64,000 nt of DNA, taken from an uncultured Candidatus Saccharibacteria bacterium (GTDB lineage: Bacteria; Patescibacteriota; Minisyncoccia; Minisyncoccales; GBS-2). How positions within the stretch are numbered: the first letter of the stretch is position 1; each line of letters opens with the position of its first letter. Below the pieces are notes generated by a model. That model was given only the letters and a program-made list of their open reading frames with translations, was not told the DNA's origin and searched no databases. A program made the translations under genes and the position numbers. Below, piece by piece: positions 18,742 to 27,184 of this stretch. The stretch lies in NCBI GenBank assembly GCA_964593405.1, contig CAZQIO010000001.1, forward strand, positions 2,263-66,262, written 5' to 3'.

Positions 18742-19991
18742 GAGCTGGAGAGTCATCGAGATTTTGGCCACTAAACTACAAACACAAATCCCTTTTTTAT
18801 TTGATGGGAAAACCGATAATTTGGTGGTGCTTAAAAGGAATTGAAAAACAGGGTTTAAAAGAAATAATCATCGTTCAATCCCCAAAAAGAGATATTGAAG
18901 AGGAATTGAGAAAGTTCAAATTTCAAAATTTAAAAATCAAATTTGTCATTCAGCCAAAGCCAATAGGCACAGGAAATGCTCTTTGGCAGGCCAAAAACCT
19001 TTTGCGGGGCAATTTTTTTGTTTTAAACGCCGACGTTTTGTGCTCAGATTTAATTTTAAAGCCAATGCTAAAAATCATCAAAAAAGAAAAAAAGCCTACT
19101 TTAGCAGGGCAAAAAACAAAAACTCCTTGGCTCTTTGGAATGATGAAACTAAAAGGAGATAGAATTTTAAAAATTGTTGAAAAGCCAAAAAAAGGAAAAG
19201 AACCTTCAGATATTAAAGTTGTTGGGGTTTACTTTTTAGAGCCAAAATATTTTGAATTTTATCAAAAAGTGGAAAAACACCCTTTTGATTTTGAAGACGC
19301 TCTTTCTGAATACATGAAAAAGAGAGAAGTAAAATTGGCCTTGATTGAACAACCAGAAGAGAAAACACCAGCTTTTTTAAAATATCCATGGCACCTTTTC
19401 AATTTGAGAAATTATTTGTTTGATAATTTTTTGAAAGAAAAAATTGAAAATGGGGTTGAAATTTCAAAAAGAGTTATCATTGATGGAAAAGTTTACATTG
19501 GAAAAGGTACAAAAATTTTTGAAGGAGTAACAATTAAAGGGCCTTGTTTTATTGGAGAAAATTGCACTATTGGAAACAACTCATTAGTCAGAGAATACGT
19601 TAACTTAGAAAACACGGTTTTAATCGGAGCCTTCTGTGAAATAGCCAGGTCAATTTTTCAAGAAGGTTCAACAACCCATTCTGGCTATTTTGGAGATTCG
19701 ATAATCGGCAGAGAAACAAAAATTGGGGCAGGCACGATAACTTCTAATGTGAGGCTAGACAGGCAAGAAATAGTTTGCGAGGTCAAAGGAGAAAAAATTA
19801 AAACAGGTTTGAAATCTTTTGGAACGGCAGTCGGCCAAAAAACTTTAATTGGAACAAAGGTTAACATTATGCCAGGAAAATTTATTGGATCTGATTGCGT
19901 CATTGGACCAAACTCTATCATTTTTGAAAACGTAAAAGATAACACAAAATATTTCACTCAATTCCAAAATGTCAAAAAAGAAAAAAAATGA
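18720..19991 (+). CDS. bifunctional sugar-1-phosphate nucleotidylyl/acetyltransferase (archaeal-type GlmU)
   Basis: LGAGESSRFWP, GTGNA, VEKP, YPW, left-handed beta-helix hexapeptides, YFGDSIIG..GAGT. Confidence 0.85.
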   Translation: MYQTVILGAGESSRFWPLNYKHKSLFYLMGKPIIWWCLKGIEKQGLKEIIIVQSPKRDIEEELRKFKFQNLKIKFVIQPKPIGTGNALWQAKNLLRGNFFVLNADVLCSDLILKPMLKIIKKEKKPTLAGQKTKTPWLFGMMKLKGDRILKIVEKPKKGKEPSDIKVVGVYFLEPKYFEFYQKVEKHPFDFEDALSEYMKKREVKLALIEQPEEKTPAFLKYPWHLFNLRNYLFDNFLKEKIENGVEISKRVIIDGKVYIGKGTKIFEGVTIKGPCFIGENCTIGNNSLVREYVNLENTVLIGAFCEIARSIFQEGSTTHSGYFGDSIIGRETKIGAGTITSNVRLDRQEIVCEVKGEKIKTGLKSFGTAVGQKTLIGTKVNIMPGKFIGSDCVIGPNSIIFENVKDNTKYFTQFQNVKKEKK

Positions 19992-20889
19992 ATTTTTTGT
20001 TATTGGAGTTGATGGAGGAGGAACAAAAACAGTAGGGGTTTTGGCAACAAATAAAGGAAAAATTCAAAGAAAAATTGAAATTTCTTCTACAAATCCAAAC
20101 AAAATTGGCTTTAAAAGATCAATTTTTAATTTGAAAAGACTACTAAAGAAACTTTCAAAAGGTAAATCAAAGAAAATTAAGTTGGCTTACTTGGGTTTGG
20201 CCGGAGGATTAGAAAGGGACGAGGGAAAAAGAAGAAAAATTGAAAAGGAACTTCAAAAATTTTTTCCCTTCAAAATTGTAGTTGAGGGAGATCAAATAAT
20301 AGCCTTCAGAGCGGCAACGAATGAAAAAAATGGTATTGTCGTTATTGCTGGAACAGGAGCGATTGCGATGGGTTGGAAGGGAGGAAAAAAAGCAATTTGT
20401 GGAGGCTGGGATTGGTTGATTGGAGATCAAGGCTCTGCCTTTTGGGTTGGAAAGAGAGTTTTGGAGGAGGTGGCAAAATCTATGGATAAAAGAGTAAAAA
20501 AATTGGCAATTGAAAAATATCTTTTTGAAAAATTTAAAATCAAAAAAGAAAGCGACCTTTACAAATTTTACGATCCAAATTTTGTTGAAAAGGTAGCTTC
20601 GATTGCAAAAATTGTCGATCGATTAGCAAAAAAAGGAGACAGTTTTTCAAAAAAAATTTTAACAAAAGCGGCTAAAGAATTGACAAAAATGACTTTACAA
20701 GTTATTAGAACATTAAAATTAAAAAACCAACAATTCCCTCTGGTTTTAGTCGGTGGCATGTTTAAATCAAAAATTTTAAGCGAAAAAATCACAAAAGAAA
20801 TTAAAAAAATTGCACCAAAAACAAAAATTTTTCTTTCTCAAAAACCACCTGTGTTTGGAGCAATAAAACTAGCCCTTGAAGCTTTATAA
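19969..20889 (+). CDS. BadF/BadG-type N-acetylglucosamine/N-acetylmuramate kinase
   Basis: IGVDGGGTKT, IAGTG, GGW..IGDQGSA. Confidence 0.85.
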   Translation: MSKKKKNEFFVIGVDGGGTKTVGVLATNKGKIQRKIEISSTNPNKIGFKRSIFNLKRLLKKLSKGKSKKIKLAYLGLAGGLERDEGKRRKIEKELQKFFPFKIVVEGDQIIAFRAATNEKNGIVVIAGTGAIAMGWKGGKKAICGGWDWLIGDQGSAFWVGKRVLEEVAKSMDKRVKKLAIEKYLFEKFKIKKESDLYKFYDPNFVEKVASIAKIVDRLAKKGDSFSKKILTKAAKELTKMTLQVIRTLKLKNQQFPLVLVGGMFKSKILSEKITKEIKKIAPKTKIFLSQKPPVFGAIKLALEAL

Positions 20890-20948
20890 ACCAAAAATAG
20901 CCTATATTATCAAACTTATCTCTGCCATGATTTTCAGTTTGTGAGAAT

Positions 20949-22058
20949 TTAGGGCGATGACTTTATTAGTGCTCTCAATTTCTTCTTACATTCTGGGTCA
21001 GTTATGTATTCTGCAAGTTCTTGAAAAGAATAGGGAAAAATTTGTAATGCTTCCTTCAATTCTTCTTTTAATTTTGGATCCCTGAGCATTGCGGCTAATT
21101 TTTCTGTTATTTCTTCTCTTTCAAAAAAGAAAGAAAGTAATGAAGCAAGGGAAACAAAGTGATGAGGACTCAGAGATAACCTCCCTTTCACATTTTTTTT
21201 AAAGTCGATTTTGCCTTTGGTAGTTAACCTCAATTCTTTGTTTGAAGCATCTAAGAGCAGTTTGCGAAAAATGAGCAGGCGATCTTTTATCTTTTCATCC
21301 AAACTTTGGTGTAAAAAACACTCTGTTTGTTGGAGGAGGAATATATACCACCGTAAAAGAACGATTACTTCTTGTTTTGAAAAACTATCCCAATCAATAG
21401 AGAAAACCCTTATTGTGTTTTCAACTTCCTCCATGGGAAGGGGGAGGAAAAAAATTGGAATGTTTGAACATTCTTTTATTTCTATTCTCCGTCCTTTTTC
21501 AGAAACTTCCAAAGAAATGCCATATTTTAGTTTTGCTCCGCCTTTTGTATTTATCTCTGAAACCACTCTTGTTTTCTTTCTATAACTAATTCCCCCAACT
21601 TCTGAAACCTCATCTATAGCACAAACTATCTCTCCTTGCGGATTTAATATAATGTTGTCTACCTTATTGAAGAAATCATCATATTCTGAAGTTCTAACCA
21701 CAATCCAATCTTTACCTAAAAACTTGGCAAAAACAGCTACTTTTAACCTTTCTAACCACTCTCCCCATTCTTCCGATTTTTCTTTAATGCTTAAAAGTAT
21801 CCTTTCTGGATCTTTTCTATATGCCAACAATTGTTTTATTTCATTTCTCGGAAAGTTTATTTTACGCTTTACATTTTCGAGCCGTTTTCGGTCTTCGGGT
21901 GTTAGTTCAGGAACAAGTCGACACCCATTGTCTACTCGACACCCCCACCTCTGTAATTGTCCTGCATAATCGTTTAAGAACTGCATCAATCTTTCCCTCC
22001 CTTTTTCAACCGGTTCCTCTGAACCCTCAATTGTTACTGGAGAGATTTTCTCTGGCAT
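20949..22058 (-). CDS. hypothetical protein
   Basis: 369-aa ORF downstream of tRNA-Leu; TSEYDD..KVD..AIDE motif weakly suggests a PD-(D/E)XK fold. Confidence 0.7.
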   Translation of the reverse strand: MPEKISPVTIEGSEEPVEKGRERLMQFLNDYAGQLQRWGCRVDNGCRLVPELTPEDRKRLENVKRKINFPRNEIKQLLAYRKDPERILLSIKEKSEEWGEWLERLKVAVFAKFLGKDWIVVRTSEYDDFFNKVDNIILNPQGEIVCAIDEVSEVGGISYRKKTRVVSEINTKGGAKLKYGISLEVSEKGRRIEIKECSNIPIFFLPLPMEEVENTIRVFSIDWDSFSKQEVIVLLRWYIFLLQQTECFLHQSLDEKIKDRLLIFRKLLLDASNKELRLTTKGKIDFKKNVKGRLSLSPHHFVSLASLLSFFFEREEITEKLAAMLRDPKLKEELKEALQIFPYSFQELAEYITDPECKKKLRALIKSSP

Positions 22059-22093
22059 ATGAAAAAATTTAATTGGTGAAAAGAAAATTAAAT

Positions 22094-22183
22094 TGGTGCC
22101 CGGGGAGGGACTCGAACCCTCACGGGGTTTTACCCCCAGTAGATTTTGAGTCTACCGCGACTTCCAGATTCCGCCACCCGGGC
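22094..22183 (-). tRNA. tRNA-Leu(CAA)
   Basis: Reverse strand GCCCGGG acceptor, gtaga-ctCAAaa-tctac, long variable arm, encoded CCA. Confidence 0.95.
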
Positions 22184-22229
22184 TCAATTTTCATTTTCTT
22201 AATTTTTTTCTAAATTGTCAATTGAAGAC

Positions 22230-22257
22230 TTGACAACAATCTTTTTTGGATTAAAAT
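22230..22257 (+). promoter_or_regulatory. sigma70-type promoter of the greA leader
   Basis: TTGACA 22230, TAAAAT 22252, 16-bp spacer. Confidence 0.6.
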
Positions 22258-22272
22258 AAACAAGGGAAAACC

Positions 22273-22416
22273 ATGAGGAAGATAATGAAAATTTACACGA
22301 GAACCTACAAAAACTGTTTGGCGGCATTTTGTATTTTTATTAATTTTCTCTAGCAGGGGGTAAGAGAGGGAGCAAGAAATTATTTAAAACTTCTCTAACC
22401 CCCTGCAAAGGGGGCC
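22273..22416 (+). promoter_or_regulatory. leader peptide uORF (26 aa) plus alternative hairpins upstream of greA
   Basis: uORF 22273-22353 MRKIMKIYTRTYKNCLAAFCIFINFL*; arms 22353-22369 / 22390-22406 / 22410-22414. Confidence 0.55.
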
Positions 22417-22427
22417 TTCAAAATTAT

Positions 22428-22901
22428 ATGAGAAAAAAATTCTACCTGACAAAAGAAGGATTAGAAAAATTAAAAAGAGAGTACCAAAACTTGAAAGCTT
22501 TAAAATTGAAGCAATTGAAAGGAAATTTGCCCCAGATTTTTCATTCTGAAGATATTAATCCTGAATATTTAGCTTTTAAAGAAGACATGAATTTTTTAGA
22601 AACTAGACTTGCCGAATTAGAATTTATTTTGAAAAATTTTCAGTTGATCAAACCTCCTCCAAAAGAACTCCAAAACCACGTTGCCTTGGGGGCAACCGTC
22701 ACTTTAGAAGATGAAAGCGGGGCAATCAATGAATTCACTATAGTGGGCACGTTAGAGGCAAATCCAATGGAAGGAAAAATTTCAAACGAATCTCCAGTAG
22801 GAAAAGCCCTTTTGGGGAAAAAAGTTGGAGACATTGTTGAAATACTTTCCCCAATTAGGGTGGTGTATAAGATAAAAAAAATTAAATATCATTTATCTTG
22901 A
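22428..22901 (+). CDS. greA: GreA/GreB family elongation factor, atypical
   Basis: YLTKEGLEKL, IVGTLEANP..GKISNESPVGKALLGK; tip motif HSEDINPEY instead of GDLSENAEY. Confidence 0.85.
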   Translation: MRKKFYLTKEGLEKLKREYQNLKALKLKQLKGNLPQIFHSEDINPEYLAFKEDMNFLETRLAELEFILKNFQLIKPPPKELQNHVALGATVTLEDESGAINEFTIVGTLEANPMEGKISNESPVGKALLGKKVGDIVEILSPIRVVYKIKKIKYHLS

Positions 22902-22904
22902 GAA

Positions 22905-24173
22905 ATGAAAAAAATTCTCAATTTCCTCATTAGAGTTAACAAGTTGAAAGAAATACCAAGAACTGGGTGGGTGTTGAGAGGAGTCAAAAATCCTGAAACG
23001 ATCGCCGAACACACCTTCCGTTTAGCAGTAATGGTTTGGCTATTTGGAGAAGAAAAGAAATTGGAAGTTCAAAAAATGATCAAAGAAGCTTTATTTCATG
23101 ACATTTGCGAAGTTTATGCAGGGGATATTCCCCCATTTTTTTATTATTTACAAGTTCTAAAAAGTAAACAAAAAAAAGAAGAAATTTTTGCCAAATGGGT
23201 TAGACTTTCCCAAAAAGAAAAAATAAAGAGGTCAAAAATGAAATTAAAAAAAGAAAAGCAAGCACTTCTGAAAGTAATAAAGGGATTGAAAAATGAGTGG
23301 AAAAAGGAAATTCTTTCTTGTTTTGTTGATTATGTAGAAGGACTTTCAAAAGAGGGAAGATTTTTTAGGCAAGTAGACAAAATAGAAACATTCCTTCAGG
23401 CAATAGAGTATTTTGGTCCCCACGCAAAACTTCTTAATGCTTGGTGGGAAGAGATTGAAGAGATAGTTGAGGATCCTTTACTTTTGGAATTTATCAAAGT
23501 TGTAGAGAAAAAATTCTACGGAAAATCGAAAAATGCTCAGAGGAATAGAAAAGTAGAAAATTTTTTAGATTTCTTTTTAAAGATCGGAAAAATAAAAAGA
23601 ATACCGAGGTTGTATTGGATTTTAAGGAAAATCAAAAATCCAGAAACGGTTGCCGGCCACATTTTTACTGTTGCAATAATGGCTTGGGTTTTTGGGAAAG
23701 AAAAACCGCACTTGAGTATGGAAAAACTTTTAAAAATGGCTCTTTGCCACGAAATCACAGCAATAGAAACTGGGGATACAACCCCCTACGATAGAATTTT
23801 AAAGACAAAAGATAAAGAAAAAGAAAAAATCCTAGCAAAAATGATCAGGCTTTCAGAAAAAGAGAAAAAAAAGAATTTTTGGGCAGATTATAAAAAAGAA
23901 AAGAAAACTCTTGAAAAAATAACAAAAAACTTAGATAACGAAACCAAAAAAGAAATAATCAACCTTTGGGAAGATTACAGAAAAAAAGAAAGTTCAGAAG
24001 GGATTTTTCTTTCTCAATTGAACACTGTCGCAGTTTTGTTCCAGGGAGTTTTGTACAAAAAGAAAATTAAAAATTTTTCCACCTCTCCCCTTTGGGAATG
24101 GGCCTTTGAAAGCGTCTCTGATCCATTGATTTTAAAATTTCTCGATGCCTTAAAAGAGTATGAAAAAAATTAA
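22905..24173 (+). CDS. tandem double HD-domain protein (YfbR/HDDC2-like)
   Basis: Repeat 1 KLKEIPRTGW..PETIAEH..HDICE..GD; repeat 2 KIKRIPRLYW..PETVAGH..HEITA..GD. Confidence 0.85.
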   Translation: MKKILNFLIRVNKLKEIPRTGWVLRGVKNPETIAEHTFRLAVMVWLFGEEKKLEVQKMIKEALFHDICEVYAGDIPPFFYYLQVLKSKQKKEEIFAKWVRLSQKEKIKRSKMKLKKEKQALLKVIKGLKNEWKKEILSCFVDYVEGLSKEGRFFRQVDKIETFLQAIEYFGPHAKLLNAWWEEIEEIVEDPLLLEFIKVVEKKFYGKSKNAQRNRKVENFLDFFLKIGKIKRIPRLYWILRKIKNPETVAGHIFTVAIMAWVFGKEKPHLSMEKLLKMALCHEITAIETGDTTPYDRILKTKDKEKEKILAKMIRLSEKEKKKNFWADYKKEKKTLEKITKNLDNETKKEIINLWEDYRKKESSEGIFLSQLNTVAVLFQGVLYKKKIKNFSTSPLWEWAFESVSDPLILKFLDALKEYEKN

Positions 24174-24903
24174 AGTTGGATGTTGCGGATTTCCTGAAAA
24201 CAAAAAAGAGTACTTTAAAAAATTTTCTTTAGTTGAGTTGCAATCTACTTTTTACGAAATTCCGGCAAAAATGGAAACTGTGAAAAAATGGAGAGAGGAG
24301 GCTCCAAAAGATTTTGAGTTTTCTCTGAAAGCATTTCAAGTAATAACTCACGATGCTTCAAGTCCTACTTACAAAAAATTGAAAAGAAAATTTGGTAATC
24401 AAAAAAATTATGGATTTTTTAAAAACACAAAAGAAGTATTTTTGGCTTGGGAGATGACAAAGAATGTGGCAAAAGAATTAAAAGCAAAAGTTATTGTTTT
24501 TCAATGCCCTTCTTCCTTTAAGCCAGAAAAAGAGAACATAAAAAATTTTGAAAACTTTTTCAAAAAAATAAAAGAGAAAAATTTTATTTTTGCTTGGGAA
24601 CCAAGAGGAGAATGGTCAGAAGATTTGATTAAAAATCTGTGCAAAAAATTGAATTTGGTCCATTGTGTTGACCCTTTCAAACAAAAACCAGTTTTTGGAA
24701 AAATAAATTACTTTAGGTTGCACGGAAAACCAGGATACAATTTAAAGTACAATTATACTATTGAAGATTTCAAAGAACTTTTGAAGTTTTGTGACAAAAA
24801 AGAAAACTACGTTTTGTTTAACAATTTAAATATGGGAAAAGATGCCCAAAGTTTTCAAAAGCTCCTCAAAAATGTTCCACATTATATTGCCATGGCAAAA
24901 TAA
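24160..24903 (+). CDS. DUF72 (YecE-like) protein
   Basis: VGCCGF, VELQSTFY, FQCPSSF, WEPRG, YFRLHG, VLFNN. Confidence 0.88.
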   Translation: MKKIKVGCCGFPENKKEYFKKFSLVELQSTFYEIPAKMETVKKWREEAPKDFEFSLKAFQVITHDASSPTYKKLKRKFGNQKNYGFFKNTKEVFLAWEMTKNVAKELKAKVIVFQCPSSFKPEKENIKNFENFFKKIKEKNFIFAWEPRGEWSEDLIKNLCKKLNLVHCVDPFKQKPVFGKINYFRLHGKPGYNLKYNYTIEDFKELLKFCDKKENYVLFNNLNMGKDAQSFQKLLKNVPHYIAMAK

Positions 24904-24915
24904 TGTGGCACAATT
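24870..24915. repeat. palindromic element, copy B (forms the DUF72 C-terminus)
   Basis: ccacattatattgccatggcaaaataatgtgg; encodes NVPHYIAMAK*. Confidence 0.85.
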
Positions 24916-25668
24916 ATGAGTGAAGTTTTTATTGGGACATCGGGGTATATTTATCCCCATTGGGAAGGAGTTTTTTATCCTCTAGGCTGGCCCAAAGCAA
25001 AAAAATTGGAATACTATTGCCAGCATTTTGATACAGTTGAACTAAACAATACTTTTTATAGGCTTCCTGGTAAAAAAACTTTTGAAAGTTGGTACAAAAG
25101 AACTTCCAAGAATTTTATTTTCGCAGTCAAGGTTTCAAGATTCATCACTCATATTAAAAAATTGAAAGATTGCCGAGAATCTTGGGAGATATTTTTAAAG
25201 CGGGCTTTAATTTTAAAAGAAAAACTAGGCCCTCTCTTGTTTCAGTTGCCACCTTCTTGGAAAAAGGATGCAAAAAGGTTGGAAGAATTTTTAAAACTAA
25301 TAACTAAAAACCTAGAACCTAAAACCTCAAACTTAAAGTTTGCTTTTGAATTCAGGAATGAAACTTGGTGTTGCCAAGAAATTTATGATTTGTTGAAAAA
25401 ATACAATTGCGCTTGGGTTGTTGTCGATTCTCCCCATTGGCCAAAGGTTTTCCAGGTTACTGCAGATTTTGTTTATGTTAGAATGCACGGTTCAAAAATT
25501 TTGTTTGGTTCAAAGTATACAAAAAAGGAATTAGAGAATTTGGCAGAAAAAATTAAAGAATGGCAAAAACAAAGATTAGATGTTTTTGTCTATTTTAACA
25601 ACGACGCCCATGGCTTTGCAGTTCAAAATGCAAAAGAATTATTAAGATTGACAAAGAATTTTAAATAA
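24916..25668 (+). CDS. DUF72 (YecE-like) protein
   Basis: IGTSGY, VELNNTFY, LFQLPPS, FEFRN, YVRMHG, VYFNND. Confidence 0.9.
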   Translation: MSEVFIGTSGYIYPHWEGVFYPLGWPKAKKLEYYCQHFDTVELNNTFYRLPGKKTFESWYKRTSKNFIFAVKVSRFITHIKKLKDCRESWEIFLKRALILKEKLGPLLFQLPPSWKKDAKRLEEFLKLITKNLEPKTSNLKFAFEFRNETWCCQEIYDLLKKYNCAWVVVDSPHWPKVFQVTADFVYVRMHGSKILFGSKYTKKELENLAEKIKEWQKQRLDVFVYFNNDAHGFAVQNAKELLRLTKNFK

Positions 25669-25707
25669 ACTAAAAAAAGAAAAGGTCGAAAAATCAATTT
25701 TAAACCA

Positions 25708-26397
25708 ATGAGAAAAGTTTTATTGTCAATTTTAATTGGAGTTTTGATTTTGGCAATTTCAAATCCAATCGCTGCCAAGTCCAAAGGAAAAAAAATTAAT
25801 GAGCCAGTAGATAAGATAACTTTCATTCACTACAAAGGAGGAAAAGTAAGAGTGGAAGGTAAAGGAGCAAAAGCTCAAACCTGTTATAAGTTGTTGGGGG
25901 TAAAATGGAGAAATCTGCCGATAGATTATGTGATTCAAACTGGAATTCCAGAAAGTGCCATTTCCTTGGCGACTGCTGAATGGGATAGGTGGACCTCTGC
26001 TAATTTATTTGGAAATTTTGCTACAGATTCTTTAGCCGATTTTGATGAAGATTCACCAGATGGAAAAAACGAGTACAGCATTGGCAATTATCCAGAAGAG
26101 GGTGTAATAGCAGTGACAAACATTTGGTACACTATTCGTTCAAAACAAATTGTTGAATACGACGTGCTGTTTGACACTGATTATTTATGGGGAGATGCGA
26201 CAATCAACCCTGAAGTAATGGATTGGCAAAACATTGCCACTCACGAAACAGGACATGGTTTGGGTCTTGGCGATGTTTATCAAACTCTTTGCTCTGAGGT
26301 GACAATGTATGGATATTCTGATTATGGAGAGACAAAGAAAAGAACTCTTGAAACACCAGATATTTTAGGACTTCAAAAACTCTACGGCGGACTATAA
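25708..26397 (+). CDS. secreted matrixin-like Zn metalloprotease
   Basis: Signal peptide, HETGHGLGLGD, Met-turn VTMYG. Confidence 0.82.
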   Translation: MRKVLLSILIGVLILAISNPIAAKSKGKKINEPVDKITFIHYKGGKVRVEGKGAKAQTCYKLLGVKWRNLPIDYVIQTGIPESAISLATAEWDRWTSANLFGNFATDSLADFDEDSPDGKNEYSIGNYPEEGVIAVTNIWYTIRSKQIVEYDVLFDTDYLWGDATINPEVMDWQNIATHETGHGLGLGDVYQTLCSEVTMYGYSDYGETKKRTLETPDILGLQKLYGGL

Positions 26398-26489
26398 AAT
26401 AGGGTTTATTTGATTTTTTGTTTGCCACCTAGTTTCTCTTTGCGATTTTTTCTTTTTCATTATCTGACCAATGATCATTTTTTAAAATT

Positions 26490-27047
26490 ATGAAAAAAGA
26501 GAATTTTAAATTGCTTGAGAAAAAAGGTGCGGTTTTAGTCATTGTCGATGTTCAGGAAAAATTGCTGCCAAAAATCAAAGAAAAGGGCAAGATTTTAAAA
26601 AACATTTTAAAACTGGTTAAATTTGCAAAAATCATTAACCTTCCGATTGTTTTGACTGAACAATACCCAAAGGGCCTGGGGAAGACAGTCAATGAAATTA
26701 GAAAAATTTTACCAAATATAGAGCCAATTCAAAAAACAACCTTTAGTTGTTTTGGCAGCAAAAATTTCAAAGAAAAATTAAAAAAGCTTAAGGTCTCAAG
26801 TTTAATCATTGTTGGAATAGAAACTCACATTTGTGTTCTTCAAACAGCACTCGAAGCAATCGGTCGTTTTAAAGTTTTTGTTGTAGCCGATGCCACTTCT
26901 TCCCGTTCGAAAAAAGACTGGCAAATTGCTATTGAAAGAATGAGAGAGGAGGGAGTGACAATTTCTTCAACAGAAATGCTAATTTTTGAATTGTTAAAAG
27001 ATACAAAAGAAAAAGAATTCAAAAAAGTTTTGGAATTGTTGAAATAA
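26490..27047 (+). CDS. isochorismatase family hydrolase
   Basis: VDVQEKL, TEQYPKGLG, GIETHICVLQT. Confidence 0.92.
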   Translation: MKKENFKLLEKKGAVLVIVDVQEKLLPKIKEKGKILKNILKLVKFAKIINLPIVLTEQYPKGLGKTVNEIRKILPNIEPIQKTTFSCFGSKNFKEKLKKLKVSSLIIVGIETHICVLQTALEAIGRFKVFVVADATSSRSKKDWQIAIERMREEGVTISSTEMLIFELLKDTKEKEFKKVLELLK

Positions 27048-27073
27048 AAAGAACGTCTTATTATAATTCACTA

Positions 27074-27130
27074 ATGAGATTTACTGTTTCAACAAAAGGA
27101 TTTTGCGATGTAATAGATATTACCTTTTAA
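27074..27130 (+). pseudogene. yjbQ 5' fragment, copy 1 (17 matching codons)
   Basis: MRFTVSTKGFCDVIDITF* versus intact MRFTVSTKGFCDIIDITS at 41041. Confidence 0.9.
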
Positions 27131-27184
27131 AATAAATTAAGTCTAAAGTTTTATACATCCAGTGCGTAAAAACAACCAAAATAA

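Noticed and set aside
20949-22183. Island integrated at tRNA-Leu(CAA)
   Set aside because: No duplicated tRNA 3' end and no integrase; only one hypothetical gene
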